NCBI GenBank assembly: GCA_977020255.1
Contig: CDROCS010002342.1
Span: forward strand, 434,001-498,000
Direction of reading: 5' to 3'
DNA length: 64,000 nucleotides
DNA from: Obrimoposthia wandeli
Lineage: Eukaryota
In this document: positions 33,901 through 47,437 of the stretch, one piece after another
Layout: each line of letters opens with the position of its first letter
How positions within the stretch are numbered: the first letter of the stretch is position 1
Translations under genes and position numbers: made by a program
Notes under the pieces: generated by a model
What the model was told of the DNA's origin: nothing
What the model saw: only the letters and a program-made list of their open reading frames with translations
Databases searched by the model: none

Positions 33901-36900
33901 TTAACTTTAAATATTCCAATTTTACTTTTTTCTAAGAAATAATAATATAATGTACTAAATACATAGCAATTTATATGTTAGATTAATGTTTAAAATTCAT
34001 TATTTCGATTTGAAAATATTATTGCTTTGGCGTTTTTGTGACATTAAATCTTTTTTAACATAAATGTATTATGAATTTTATATATTACATATTATACTTA
34101 TGTGTTTCACATTACATTACTAATTTGGTCATTCTAAAATGTTGTTTGGTAATATCGTGCACTTGTACGGTATTACCCCACGAATTTTAGAATGGTCAAC
34201 ATTTTAAATTTTGATTTGCCAACATTTTTTATACAATTTTAATCATTTATATGCTTAATGCATATACCATTATGTAGAATATAGTCTTGTTTATTATATT
34301 GCATATTAATTTTTCTTGCTGTAATAATTGAGTTGAAGAAATTGAAATTTTTGCTTAGGTGCACGGGTAATCCCCTACTTTCTCCTATCATTTAAAACCA
34401 CAAACCGATAAAAGGTTTACATTAATAGTTCATAGAAGATGTTTCTAATATTATATTCTAATATATAATATTATACGCCAACAAATTATATTCAGATGAT
34501 TATGGACAACACACGATTCTCCAACAGTGCATCATTGAAAACAAAGCAATCATCTCTTTGAAAGGATTCATTCAAGCCCGTCTGATATGATAAGAGACAT
34601 ATTCTAATTATTCTACGAGTTGTAATTCATTCCGATGTTAAAGAAAATATGCACCATCCAAAATATGTTAAAATGAAAGCTAAATTTAAAACGTACATAG
34701 AGATTAATGCAAAGTAATACTTGTTTCTTAAAAATATAATTTTGATTTTAACTAAAAAATTTTATTCATTATATTTTAACTAATGATTTCAGATTAATTT
34801 TAAAATATCATTAAGTTTCTTTCACTTATCTTACTGTCAAAATGGTACAATTTACTTTATATATAACCTTAGCAACCTTTTTGAATAAAAATATGTATTC
34901 TATTTAATATTCTTTTAGCATTTATTTCTAATTTTGACAAGTTAAAATTGAAATAGATCTTAAGTTTTTAAAAATCGATTACCCGTTGGCATGGAAAGAG
35001 TTTTAAAAAAAAGAAGATTATGCATGTCAAAATAAACCACTTTTTTATTATTCTCTAAAAAATATATATACTCTTCAACAAAAATTAAATTATATAAAGT
35101 TTTACTAAAATTACTGAATCATTATCAAAATTCGCCGATAACTATCGTTCCCTTTGAATCAACGTGGCATATGTAATATAAAACGCTAAGATGTAGACAG
35201 AATGCATTAATACATAACAGAATTATCTAAAAATAGGTAAATAAATACAATGTTTAGATACTTCATTTCATAGCGGGATACAAGATAATCAAATCGTTGC
35301 AAATTTTAGCGTTATGTCTATTACATTTGAAGTTAATTATACATTGAATAGTTAAATCTAAAATTTATGTATTATGGTAAATAACTTTTTTTATATTTTC
35401 TAAGAGTTAAATTACTATTTTAATTTATGAACTCATAAATTAGACGATATTAGTAGTTTGAATGAGGTAAAATATAAATATTATTTTTGAATTAGATACA
35501 AAAATCTATCAATAGTAAATTTAAGTCAATCATATAAAAGTTGTATTTAAAATATATATTAAATTTAAAATAAATGAAAAAATTCAATCTTATACAATAT
35601 GTTAATGAATTAATATCTATTACAATGAAATTTAAAATTAAAAGTCATTTGATATTTTGATAAAACAAAATTTACACAAAATGAAATTATTTGTGTCCAT
35701 GAAAGAAGAACTAAATTGTCTATCTGATATTTTTTCGTGTATCAAAAACATATGGCAGTTTTACTAAATATCTCAAAAGTATACGTTTTAAATGATTACA
35801 AAATAAAGTTGGTATTTTAAATTTAATAAATTAAGTTAATTTTTTTCATTAATATTTTAATTAATTTTGTGTTATATATATTTATAAATAAAGCTGATTC
35901 GTAGTCAATTTATCAACCTTTATCTATTTTTCATAATTTTATAACTGACAAATAGATAATGCATATTCATATTAATATAGACGGATTTTCTTTCAGTAGT
36001 TAATAATTCGTCCAATATCCATAGAAAAAATAATTTGTATGTTTATGATGTTAATTTTGCATTTATGTTTTATTATTTTAATACGACCTTTTATCTAAAT
36101 ACGCAAATTTATAAGTTAATATAGATATATATATGTATATAAGTGCTGTGAACATTTGGCTTTATTCTTTAACGACTTATATAAATTTATTTAGATTTTC
36201 TTGTAATATAAACCGTATAGATATGTGATTAGGATGTTTCCAAAGTATATAATTTTCAACGTCATAGCATTAAATATATTAGTATGTATCTAAAACTTAT
36301 ATACTGAAATTTTTAATGAATCTGTAAAATATTAAAACGACTATTTTTTATATTGAAAGATGATCAATCCAAGGCCCATTCAGATGATATAACCTTTTTA
36401 GAATCTCAAAATATGGTGAAATTATTTCATTTTTTCAATTATTATTAGTGTAGGAATTGGTTATGTATCAGGTTCTGTAAACGAGAATAATCTGTATTTT
36501 AAAAATATTCAAATTTCAAAGGGTTTTTAATTTTTTAAATAATTTATAAGTCGTTAGAACGTTCTCAGTCTCAAGTAAAGCGTGAAAATGGATCATACAA
36601 TAAGTATTCATTTTTAGAATTTGATTCTGATGATTCTATTTATGATTTAAAAGGTATTTAAACAAACTCCGGAGTTTGAATAAATAATAATTTTTGTTCT
36701 GATATTTCAAAATTTAAAAAATGCTTGTAACCTTTCACTTACTCAAGCTCTTGGCGTATCAGAATATATGAAGACCATCTTACAGCGGAGTGTATAAAAG
36801 AGCTAAGCGGGATTGAGAATATCAGTGGCTAATATGAATTTTACTAACAATCAATTAAGATAGAATGATGAAGTTTCATAACGAGGTAGTGGATAGTTGA

Positions 36901-39878
36901 AAGAATTGGCTGAAGTAACCAATTTGTGAAGGAAACTGGAATAAACCCATACAACTGCAAAAAGGACAAATAACGACTTGAACAGAGAGGTGAAAAACTT
37001 AATGAACCCGAGAAGTGAATTGTGCGAAACTAAATAAACCCGGAAAAGAAAATACTGAAACAATTATTATGGAAAGAAAATACGAAGCTGAACCATCAAA
37101 TATGACTGTCTTTCGATACATGGAATTGAATAAATTTAAACCATATCATGTTGTCAAAAATCAATATTAAACTGTTTTTTAATGGAAGAAGTGTGTATGG
37201 TTTTATGAATATTTTAAAAATAGGCTAACAAATGTTGCATTTGAAGTTGCATTTTATATTTAGCATCTACAAAAACGTAACTGTCAAAATTACAGAGTTT
37301 TGGTAACAACAGTTAAAGAAATATCCGACCAAAATTTACAAACATTTAGTATCACACTTACAATTATATCACAAAATCTTTTAAATTTCAAAATTAAATC
37401 CAAACATTCGAGATATTACGTTTATTTCTATTTTTATTTTATTACTTATAATTTTTATATGGATGCATTTAAATTATCCGATTCAAATCGTTTGTAGTCT
37501 ATCACTACTTATGTGCTCAAATATTTCGGGTCAGTATTATACCTGGCTTATCATTCTCGCAATCCAGAACGACACAGACAACAGCAGTTTCAGGTACGCC
37601 TTTCATGTTCTGGAGTCGAACTTCGAAGCTTGGGTAGACTATATTTTTGGACAAGGTGACACGTAAACGAGCACCACTTTCCACATTGTGTCGCAGAGGG
37701 AAATCAATATCCACACGGTTTTCTTCTGCAGATAACTTCGAAGACTTTATCTGGACATTGAAATATAAGACTTAAACAAACATCAAAAATGTTTTTACTA
37801 CTATCAAACCTCTTAATATTGAATGTTACAATTATATTCCATGCCATTTATTATTTTTTTATACGAGCAATTTATTTGATTATTCAATTATAAATATTTC
37901 AAAATGTATTTACTAACACAAACAAAATATAATTTACATTGATAAAATTCCTCTTATAAAATACATAATTTTTGAAAATTTTATTAACTCTAATTTATTA
38001 AAATAGTCGATAGTTAAATTAACAAAGTCAGAATAATATTAATAAAAATTAATTAATTTGATAATATATTAACGAAATTTTGAAATAAATAACAATTATA
38101 AAAAGTGTTCTAGATAATTTCACTTATAACCATTGTGTTCTATAAAAAAAACTGTATTAGTATTTTTTAGCCATTAGAGTTTACTCAAATAGTTGAAACT
38201 TTCAATCAAATTAATAAGAACAAACTACTGACAATTATACATAATGTCAAATCAGTTTTTATAGAATGAAATGCGATGGTTGATTTATAACAATGCTTCA
38301 TTAGAATTATGAAAACGGAGATAATTTTCTTGTTTCAGGAATATTTTTTTCTAAAACTAATATGTTAATTTTTGCATTAGAATATTTGCATATTTGATAC
38401 ATTTTTTTCACGTTTCTATAAAAATTAAACAATTTTATGTTATACAATGTATATGAAAAAAAGTTAAGTAGTGTAATTATATTGTAATCTATGTAATCTT
38501 TCTTTAAATTTTTTGCAAATCGTTACTCACCTTCATCAATTTTACAGTTTTAAATATTAAAATACAAACAGAAAATTGACACCTTTATTTTCAGTTCTAA
38601 AATAAGATTTATCATGAAGACTTTTGTTAAGCCACAAATCTTCCTTCACAATCTATGTAATCTTTCTTTAAAAATATTTTTTATTTTCAAATCGTTACTC
38701 ACCTTTATCAATTTTACAGTTTGAAATATTAAATACAAACAGAAAATTTAAATTTTTAATTTTCAGTTCTCAAATAAGCATTTCTTCGTTTATAATTTGA
38801 ATTTTTCTAAACAAGCCAAACAAAATAGTATTTTGATTTTTTCTTATGAGGCAATTAGGATATTAGTCTAAGTATACGAACATTGTCGTTATATTTTAAA
38901 ATTCAATTTTCCTTATTATTTTTTTTAAAAATTAGATATATTCTTATAAATAGGAGTATTTTCTTATATATTTTTACAACTTAGATTAAAATTACATTTA
39001 TTAGATTTAAAAAAAAATTATATAAAGGGAATGGGATTAAAAAATTATAATATATTTCAGGAATCTCATTCTCATTTAATAATATTTCAGTTTATAAGAA
39101 CCATACTTTATGAGAGATTAACTTTATTTGTTATCAAAGTTTGAAAAATAACCTTTTGCCACACAAAACTCATCGATGCTTTCAATAAAAGTTCAAAAAA
39201 TCTTTTCATGTTCTCCAATAAATTTGAAACTAAAATTTACAGAAAAATTTAATTTTCAGATAACAATGTAAATTAAAATTTTAATTCATATGAATATAAT
39301 AAAATCAAAACATTTTTATATTACCTTCATAAATACCTTTTATAAAATTTAGTTATGCATAATTTTTTTAAAGTTTTCCTTCTTTCTGTTTAGTATCAAA
39401 TATATAACAGATAACAATGTAAATTAAAATTTTAATTCATATGAATATAATAAAATCAAAACATTTTTATATTACCTTCATAAATACCTTTTATAAAATT
39501 TAGTTATGCATAATTTTTTTAAAGTTTTCCTTCTTTCTGTTTAGTATCAAATATAAAACTTACAGCATAATAAAATTGCATCAGCTGATCGAATCCAATT
39601 ACTTCACTGGAATACTTTTTACATTCCGACTTCGGGTCAAAAATGTTCTTCTGTATCAATCGAAATGTGGAGTTGCATTTATCTAGTAGCTTAACTGCCG
39701 ATTTATGGGCAGAATATCTGGGGATGTGATAATAAAATTTGCTTTGACTTTTAAACGAATCTGAGTGAGGAAATTGACTGGCATAACTGTCTGCTTTTGT
39801 GACTAAGGACAACGACAGAATGATGAGAACGATTATCAGGACGAATGCCGATATTCCATGAAGACGACAGAGAAACAT
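30904..39878 (-). CDS. Host gene: about 442-aa single-pass type I membrane protein of unknown family
   Basis: Exons 39878-39564, 37750-37543 and 31709-30904 with canonical GT-AG sites; phases 0 and 1 join into 443 codons including the stop. Signal-peptide-like N-terminus, Cys-containing ectodomain with NST/NCT sequons, TM WFNIALGLMIFAVMIIICVLVYFILSFY, long Tyr-containing tail; exons are GC-richer than flanks. Confidence 0.8.
33100..33250 (+). pseudogene. hAT-like transposase C-terminal remnant
   Basis: TFSSDMTILTDKR*RLGVESFKRLVML resembles the ERxFS...LTDKRxRL dimerisation tail. Confidence 0.45.
33663..34385. mobile_element. TA-flanked MITE (Tc1/mariner-pogo type) in the host intron
   Basis: Imperfect TIR of about 25 bp (GGGGTAAGTGGGGGATTACCGTGCA versus right-end reverse complement GGAGAAAGTAGGGGATTACCCGTGCA); TA on both sides. 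Confidence 0.7.
38487..38780. repeat. Local tandem duplication, period about 164 bp
   Basis: AATCTATGTAATCTTTCTTTA...ATCGTTACTCACC... occurs at 38487 and about 38651. Confidence 0.75.
39257..39555. repeat. Near-identical 151-bp tandem duplication next to the host exon 1 donor
   Basis: CAGATAACAATGTAAATT... starts at 39257 and 39408. Confidence 0.85.
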
Positions 39879-40222
39879 TTCGTGTTAACTGTGGTTGTTT
39901 CGAATCGACAGAGTTAGAGTATACAATAATAATAATCAGATTTACAAATGTAATAAATGATTATGTTTTGGTGTGCGTCGACTTCATTAAGCTGCAATTT
40001 TAGGAAAATTCTGAAAAAAACAATTCTGTTTGCTCATGACATCATATTAAATATATTTATACTTCGATTCTGCATTATCATTGGCCGTTCAGCATTCGCT
40101 GCAGTTTCTGCTGGAATTGTGCGATTTATTCCTCAATTGGGCTGTGCACATACACAGGTACTGCAACCAGTCTGCTAAGGACTACTTATTATTGAGAAAA
40201 TCTCCAAGCAAATTTGCCTTTT

Positions 40223-40240
40223 CCCGATTACGTAATCGGG
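40223..40240. promoter_or_regulatory. Perfect 18-bp palindrome with a PAR-bZIP/E4BP4-type core, upstream of the host gene
   Basis: CCCGATTACGTAATCGGG, about 345 bp 5' of the ATG at 39878. Confidence 0.4.
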
Positions 40241-42419
40241 TGTGGCAGTTGAATGTTTACGCGTTTCTAATGACTAATTCGAGTGTGAAGTCGAAATTAG
40301 GCTACTTAACAGTGGGATATTTTTGCGATTTTATCTGACTGATTATTTATAGAAACACTCACGACTTTGTGTTCTCTTGGAATATAAAATTGAGAAAAAA
40401 AAATTTCGTCAATTTTGTAAATGTAATTTGCAGAAAATTCCTTTACTAAACCTTAAAACGAGAGATTATTGGAAAAATGAGATGTTACTTCAGTTTTAGC
40501 ATGAGAACTTTTTCTTGAAAATTAAAAAAAATGTAATGAAAGAAATGAGAACTTTTTGAATTTTCTGGTGTTCTAGATCTAAATAATAAAATACAACAAA
40601 TTATGAAAATTTTAATTTCCGACTATTACGCTTGTAAAGGGGAAATATTGCAGTAAAGTATTTTTAATTTAAAAATAAGTTGAGGAAGTGCGTTGTCTAT
40701 TGAAGACTCAAACTTCATCCTTCACATCACCTGTTTTGAACTGCTCTAATATTTCTACAAATGCTACTTTTACAGTCGTGTTCATCATCCTCACTTATAA
40801 TATGATTTATTGGTTATTATGATTAGGTGTAGCTTTGTTGGGGATTCTATGAAACTTTCAGATCCTCGTATGGAGGCCCCCAACGTGAGTTCTGTAGCGA
40901 TAGGGCTTACAGATGGATGTGGCCACCATATTCTTACTTTCTTGTATTCTAGTCTCAGATCTGAAGGTATCAATGTTTTTTGTTTGATGCTGTGTGCAAA
41001 GAGTTGTGATAACTGAAAGGGAACCCTTAAACGAATGTGGTGTAGTGTAGGGTTGTGGTATTTAGCCGGTTAGGCTAGTTTGAAGTTTAATTAAATCCTT
41101 AACCGAAAATATTCGAATACGAAGCCGAAACGAAGCGACGTTAACGATGCTCCTCTAAATATAGCAGGGCTCGAAATTTGGTTACGTGGTTAGCTCTCGG
41201 CTGACCTATAGGTTAGTGGATCTGAAAATCTTGGTGGGTTGTCGTCTTGAAATAACTTTAGTTATGACTTCGCAGTTGGTTTAAACAATATATTTATTTT
41301 TACAATTTATATTTCCACTGAATGGTTACTTAATTTATATAACAGATAATTTACTGACGATTTACACTTCTTTCTTCTGGGTGACACGCTTATCCTTTTA
41401 ACTACTTATTCTTAAATACGTTTATGTTTAGATTTCTGTCGATTTTACTTTAATGTTTATTTTTGTCAATACAACTTCCGAATACTTTATGTTCAACAAT
41501 TTTCAATATAAACGTTTGAATACCTCATAAAATACAACAAATGTAACACATGATCAAGTTCGGACTACTATCAAAATACATTTATTTAAAAATATAATTA
41601 CACAATTAAAAAATACGGTCTCAATTAACTGTTATCTTTACTTTAATTTTACTTTAAATATAATTCAATATAATTCCGGTCGCTGATCTGTGTTTCTCGC
41701 TTCTTCAAATTTAAGTTTTCTATTGGTGTTTCCAAATCAATATAAAGTAAAAAGGAAATATATTTTAATCAACTCATGGATAATCCATTACATTTATTAA
41801 TCGCGTAGGTCAGTGATTGTGAAAGATTACACCATAATTTTACTCAATTACACCTCTTTTATCGTCCATGAAAGCGTTTTTCCCTAAATTTTGTTGGTTT
41901 AAAATTTTCATATTCGCAAAATATCTTTTTACATTGCTTTATTAAAATGTAATTATATTTACTGTACTATAAGCAGTCGTATCAAGTTTGAAGACTATTC
42001 ATGTTATTTTTTAATATTCAATAACAAATACTAGGTTCAGTGAAAGTTTGAGTTATTTTTATCAATTAACGTAATTAGGTTATTTTTTATTTAGAGTAAG
42101 AATTTTAACGAATTTTCTGGATAATTTAAATGACAGACAGTTTTTTTGATAACCTACTTTTGCATTAAAAAACTTATTTACTTAATAAGATTTTCCACAT
42201 GAAAAAGGAGAATGCAGAAATTAATAATTGATCAAACTAAAAACCTGCATTTTAGCTAACTTTTTTTTCCAATAATGTTGAAAATGTGTAGCAATTCCGT
42301 TGTCGAAATTTTTAGATGATTATGTTATCCTACCTGAAAATACCGCCCATTTCAATCTTAAGAAATCACCTCAATTAAGGTTAATAATTACATATTATAC
42401 AACATCTCTCATGGGAAAT

Positions 42420-42560
42420 ATGTTATGAGATCTGTCAGCAGCATTTGAGGCAGTTGGTCATAAAATTGTACTTCAAGACATGGGAGATATTGGAAATTTA
42501 GGGATCATTTTGAAATGGATTGAAAACTATTTAACAAGCAGTACAAGAAGCAGTTATAAT
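42420..42560 (+). pseudogene. Non-LTR (LINE) reverse transcriptase fragment
   Basis: DLSAAFEAVGHKIVL...GIILKWIENYL matches the DLSKAFDxVxH...WIxxYL motif. Confidence 0.7.
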
Positions 42561-43094
42561 TTACAGGAAATAAAATATCAAATATTGTGTACCACTGAGT
42601 TATGCTGATAGCATACAAATATATGTGGCATCATTTTACAAGAATTAAAGGAAATAGAAAATTATATTATTTAATAAAACGTATATTTATTAGACATTTT
42701 AAATTAAATGATAGATGAACATAATTCAATAATTTTGAATCACAAAATGCCGTAAATTTATTAATGCAGTCCAAAAGCCATATATGGTTGGTAACAATGA
42801 CATATATGCAACCGTTTCCGTCAAAATCTGGGATTTATGCTTGATAAACAAAAACGAAAACGAATTCTCAATTTAACAATATTCGTATTATAGCCAGTTA
42901 AGCAGTGGATGGACTCTAGTTAAAATTCATGATGTTAACTTTATTTTAACAAAGTTCACTATTATGATTTATTTATTTTTATTTATTTATTATTCCTTCA
43001 TTATTAACGTACATAACAGTGATAACCTTTGCCTCCCATAATAAGGCTCTTATATTTTGGGAAAGTAATTGTCAAAATCTTCTAGAGTATATGC

Positions 43095-43560
43095 TGTTAT
43101 TTGAAGTTAGACATTTATCTTTTAGCTGGTGTGTTTGAGTCCTTTCGTGTAAAATCTTTAGTAAAAGATGGGCTAGATCCCATGCATTTCTTTAGTTTAC
43201 CTGGTCTTTCATGGGCAAAGGCAATAAAAACTCTTAATATTAATATCGAGTTACTGCAAGATCCCGCGATGTATCAAATGTATGATTATGGTATACGCAG
43301 TGGAAGGAATTTTGTCAACAAACATCATGTTTTCAAAGATCAATCCACAGAGATTCTGTACATCGACATTAATAATTTGTATGGGTGGGCACTTACTCAA
43401 CCTCTACCTCATGTCAAGTTTAAGTGGGTTTATGATGAGGAAGAGTTGAATAAGTAGATGACAGATTTGGCTACTGTTGATACAGTTTCATCAAACGTCG
43501 GCTATTTGGTTGAGGTTGATTTAAAAATCCTTCCCAATGTTGAGGATAAATTGGATGATC
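43095..43560 (+). pseudogene. polB: Maverick protein-primed family B DNA polymerase fragment
   Basis: LLAGVFESFR, GLDPMHFFSLPGLSW, YGIRSG, YIDINNLYGWALTQPLP, GYLVEVDL. Confidence 0.88.
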
Positions 43561-43911
43561 TTCAAGGGGCACTTGTTCTATACAAATACCGATAACTTTC
43601 CCAATTTAGTTTGATTTTGAGGTATCCATATTATTCTCTAAAGTGGTACTCGCAGTCATCCTTAAAGCGTTGGTTATATTAAACTAGTACAAATATATAA
43701 CTGATTAATAGCATTTTAAAGATTGGCCTAATTTTTATCTTTATGTTTTTACCTGTTTTCTACTGCACTTTACTGTAAACGTCAACTTACCATTATTTAA
43801 TATTACACCTTTATCCAAAAATTTACTGAATTTTCTCATTATAAATTTACATAAATTCGCTTCACTCTCTATTTTATAATCTTTTGAAAACATTTTTAGT
43901 TCCAGTACATC

Positions 43912-44394
43912 TTAAGATCTAGCTTCAGCTAACAACAGTTTTGTTACTCTATCAGGAACATTTCTAACCGATTTAGTTGAGACAATATCTTGTTTCTTAT
44001 TACCTACTGTATGTTCGATATCAAAACCGAATTGAAGAGCTTCTTTATCAGATTCAAATGTAATTTGAATGACTTGAATAAATTTTAATCGATTTTTAAA
44101 TCTGACCTTTTTATTTTCATATAATATTGTCACTTCTTTATCTATACAATTGTAATATAATTTTCCTTTACTATCAAACCTGATCACAACTTTATTTAAT
44201 TTTTCATAATTAAATTCTTTGTAAACGAAATATATGAGTTTTTTCTTATTGTAATTGGAGAATAATAAAAAGAAAATTCTGCTAAAGCCGCTTCCCATCC
44301 TCCTTGGAGATTTATAGAATTTTCCCAATCGACAAAAAGCTACTAGCATCATTATCTGGCTGAGTCTTCGGTCATCCGTTACTAGGTAAAACAA
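43912..44394 (-). CDS. 160-aa ORF directly downstream of the Maverick integrase, unknown function
   Basis: Uninterrupted ORF, co-oriented with and abutting the integrase remnant. Confidence 0.45.
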   Translation of the reverse strand: MFYLVTDDRRLSQIMMLVAFCRLGKFYKSPRRMGSGFSRIFFLLFSNYNKKKLIYFVYKEFNYEKLNKVVIRFDSKGKLYYNCIDKEVTILYENKKVRFKNRLKFIQVIQITFESDKEALQFGFDIEHTVGNKKQDIVSTKSVRNVPDRVTKLLLAEARS

Positions 44395-44399
44395 TATAC

Positions 44400-45416
44400 A
44401 AAGATTTAATATTATATTATATGCTGATTTCCAAGTAGGATCTGAATAACCATACCATTTAACAAAGTATTGTTTATGTTTACTGGTACTCTTAGATTTT
44501 AATAATTTTTGAAAACCGAAAACGTTAGAATTATTTGATATTACTTGTAGTTCTTGCTCGTAAAATTTGCTCTGAATGATATTATTGTCATCATTTTTAA
44601 TAGTTTACATTATTGGATTACGCTTTAAATCAATTTTACTTATACAAAATATTTCATCACTCCAATTCCGATCAACATTTTTAATAAATAGAGTAGAGAT
44701 AATTTTAGAAATTTGACCATTTTGTGTTTCTTATATTTAGCTTTTTTATTATTTTTTATTATTCATGTCTATCCAAATATCCATATAGTTTTTATCAGTA
44801 ACATCAACAGGTCTCATTCTCTTGAGATTTCTATGTTCAGAGTGATTCTATGCATGTATTATTTTAGGCAAAACTTGAATCCTCTTTTTATTTCCTTCTT
44901 TTGTGAAATACTTTTTTATTCGATCTCTTAAAGTACGATTAAATCTTTCTACTACTGCTGCTTTGTACTGTGAAAACACCGAGTAGTGATTTATATTACT
45001 TTGTTTAAATAATGATTGAATTTGCTGATTATAAAATTCTTTTCCTAAATCAGTTTGCACATTTTGTGGAATGTCCTCTTTTAATATTTCTTTAATGGCT
45101 TCAAGCATAGCATTTGAAGACTTTGCTTTAACTGGAACTGAACGAGTAAAACTGCTAAAACATCAATACATTTTTAAATATATCTATATTCTTTATTAAT
45201 GAAAGAATATGGAATCATCTCCAAGAAATCCATTAACCATAAATTATTAGGACCGCTGGTTTTGTATGCTCTAGTTGGAAACCTTCTTCTAATAAGCTTG
45301 TTCAGACTAAAGGTTAACTGATTGCTCAGCCATTTCTGAGTTTTTCTGTAATTCTGTTTTGTTCTTTTTGCCAATTTTGAAACTTGGATCTTTGAATTAA
45401 ACCATATATTCTCCAT
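44400..45416 (-). pseudogene. Maverick integrase (near full length) with chromodomain remnant
   Basis: RRRFPTRAYKTSGPNNLW, NVQTDLGKEFYN, KAAVVERFNRTLR, NWSDEIF, KFYEQEL; stops and frameshifts present. Confidence 0.9.
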
Positions 45417-45819
45417 TACAACAATAGAATATATAGAAAATTTAAATTTACGTGAAGAAGGGTTAGCATCAATATCTTTAAGTGATTTTTGAAATAATTG
45501 TTTATGTACGTGTTACAGCTATAATACTACTAATAATTGAAGCAACAACTGGAATAATAGCCCCTATGAAACCCCCATTCTGTTAAAAACCATCACTATA
45601 ATGTTATTTATTTGCATTTGATTTCTAAATTCTCAAATAACATGTGATCTAACCAATATTTCAATATTATAGTATCTCATAGTATATATATATTTTAAAT
45701 TCTTATAAAATTTGTTAACTCTTAATTTGTCCAGAAAAACATTCATCAACAAGACGATCCACTTCATTGTCTGTATTTATAGTATTATTCATTGAAACAA
45801 CAGGTATAAACGGGTTTGT

Positions 45820-46311
45820 TTATAGAAAAATTAACAAAATGTAATAAAGTATATTTTCTAAAATCGATTCAACAGTGTATTGATAATCCAAATTTCTCAA
45901 TCCCAATATCATAACTTTACGACTTGAAAATATTTACACATAGCGGTGTAAACTTCAAATATCTGAGAACAGTAAATATTTCCAGTTCAAACATGCATTC
46001 TTATTTCATTTTCTCTGTAATTTTATAAAGATTTATTGCTTTCCCGAGATTAGCTGAAATTGTGCTTGATTGTATGGCGCTGATTTTAATTCCAAATTGT
46101 AAATTGAAATCATCCAAAAGTGTTTTGGATCCCTTAAACGACAAATTCCTAAAATAATTCAATATGAAAATAAAAACTACCCTGAGAAAAAAATAATAAA
46201 TGTGAAATCATCAAACCTTTTCACATATTTTCTCGGCTTCCAATCATTGAATGATAAGTGCAAAATATCATCTTCTATTATTCCTTTATAATTTATATTT
46301 ACGATTTTCAT
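45820..46311 (-). pseudogene. Second copy of the Maverick TBP-like gene
   Basis: MKIVNINYKG...IIFFSG|intron|ICRL...IQSSTISANLGKAINLYKI...ECMFELEIFTVLRYLKFTPLCVNIF-SSRKVMILGLRN, read across small frameshifts. Confidence 0.7.
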
Positions 46312-47161
46312 TAGACTAAACATGTTTTCAGTAAATTATTCTTTATATATGTCTGAACTTGCCTTTTTATTGTACATTTATTGTAAATATCTTGCAAACC
46401 TATTATAATTGGATGATTGAAATCTAATATATTTCTTACAATCAATTTAAATTATAAATATGGATTTAGTCCTATGAAATTCAATGCTTTAGTTATATTA
46501 ACCAATGAGATTCATGTCTTTGTTAAAAATGAGTATAAAAGAATGCGCCATTGGAATACAAATCATAATAAATGCATTCATATCAAAGACAATTATCAGT
46601 GATGGAAGATAGCCTACAGATATTGAGCGAAGATGAAGATTTAGAAATGTTTTAAGATTCGAATAAGGATATGTATGAAGAAGTGAAACATTATTTTAAA
46701 TACAAAGTCAGGTTCTTGAAGAAGGTTCAATTGATTACTTTAGTAAATCCTGTGATTATTGAAAGAAGAAAGTTCAGCTATTATCTATCAAATATTCAAA
46801 AACCAGATTTTCAATATCTAAATTAGAAAGTTGAAAATGTAGTTCCAAATTTTACTTTCAACAAGAACGAATTTTATATCCGAGGAGCCGATGCAGCATT
46901 TCTAGATGACTATCGAAGAGAAATAGATGTTGATGCGTTTCCGAAAAATAAGCAATGGACTGCAACAATTTGACTTTATGGTTACAAGAAAGAGGAAATT
47001 GGAACAAAGTTACCTATGTTTTAACTGTTTTATTCTTTATTTTACCACCTTTCTTTCATTTTGCATGTAATAAATTGTAATCAGTTTTTTTTAATTTTAT
47101 AATATATGTATCTTATTTTTTTTTATTAACATTATTTTGTAATCAGTTTTTTTATTTTAGG

Positions 47162-47437
47162 ATGGATCTTCTTCTGAGATATGTTGGAAATTTTTATTAT
47201 CCAGAAAGAATTACAAAAGGAAAACTATGTAATATATTAAAGAGACATCAAATTATACAAATTATGAATCCTGTGAAAATATCAAAAGTGGAAAATGAAT
47301 ATCTCATCGAAATTTTAACAACATCTGATATTGATCAATTGAAAAATATTTTGGGATTTTACATACCTGATTATGTATATGAAGTAAATTCTTTCCAGTT
47401 TGAAACTGATCCCAGTCTAGTTTTAAAGATGATCTAG
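47162..47437 (+). CDS. 91-aa ORF of unknown function, probably Maverick-derived
   Basis: Open ORF adjacent to the Maverick segment; no recognisable motif. Confidence 0.3.
   Translation: MDLLLRYVGNFYYPERITKGKLCNILKRHQIIQIMNPVKISKVENEYLIEILTTSDIDQLKNILGFYIPDYVYEVNSFQFETDPSLVLKMI

Noticed and set aside
36360-37100. Nested plus-strand gene with tiny introns inside the host intron
   Set aside because: Splice-like sites could not be joined into a consistent open frame.
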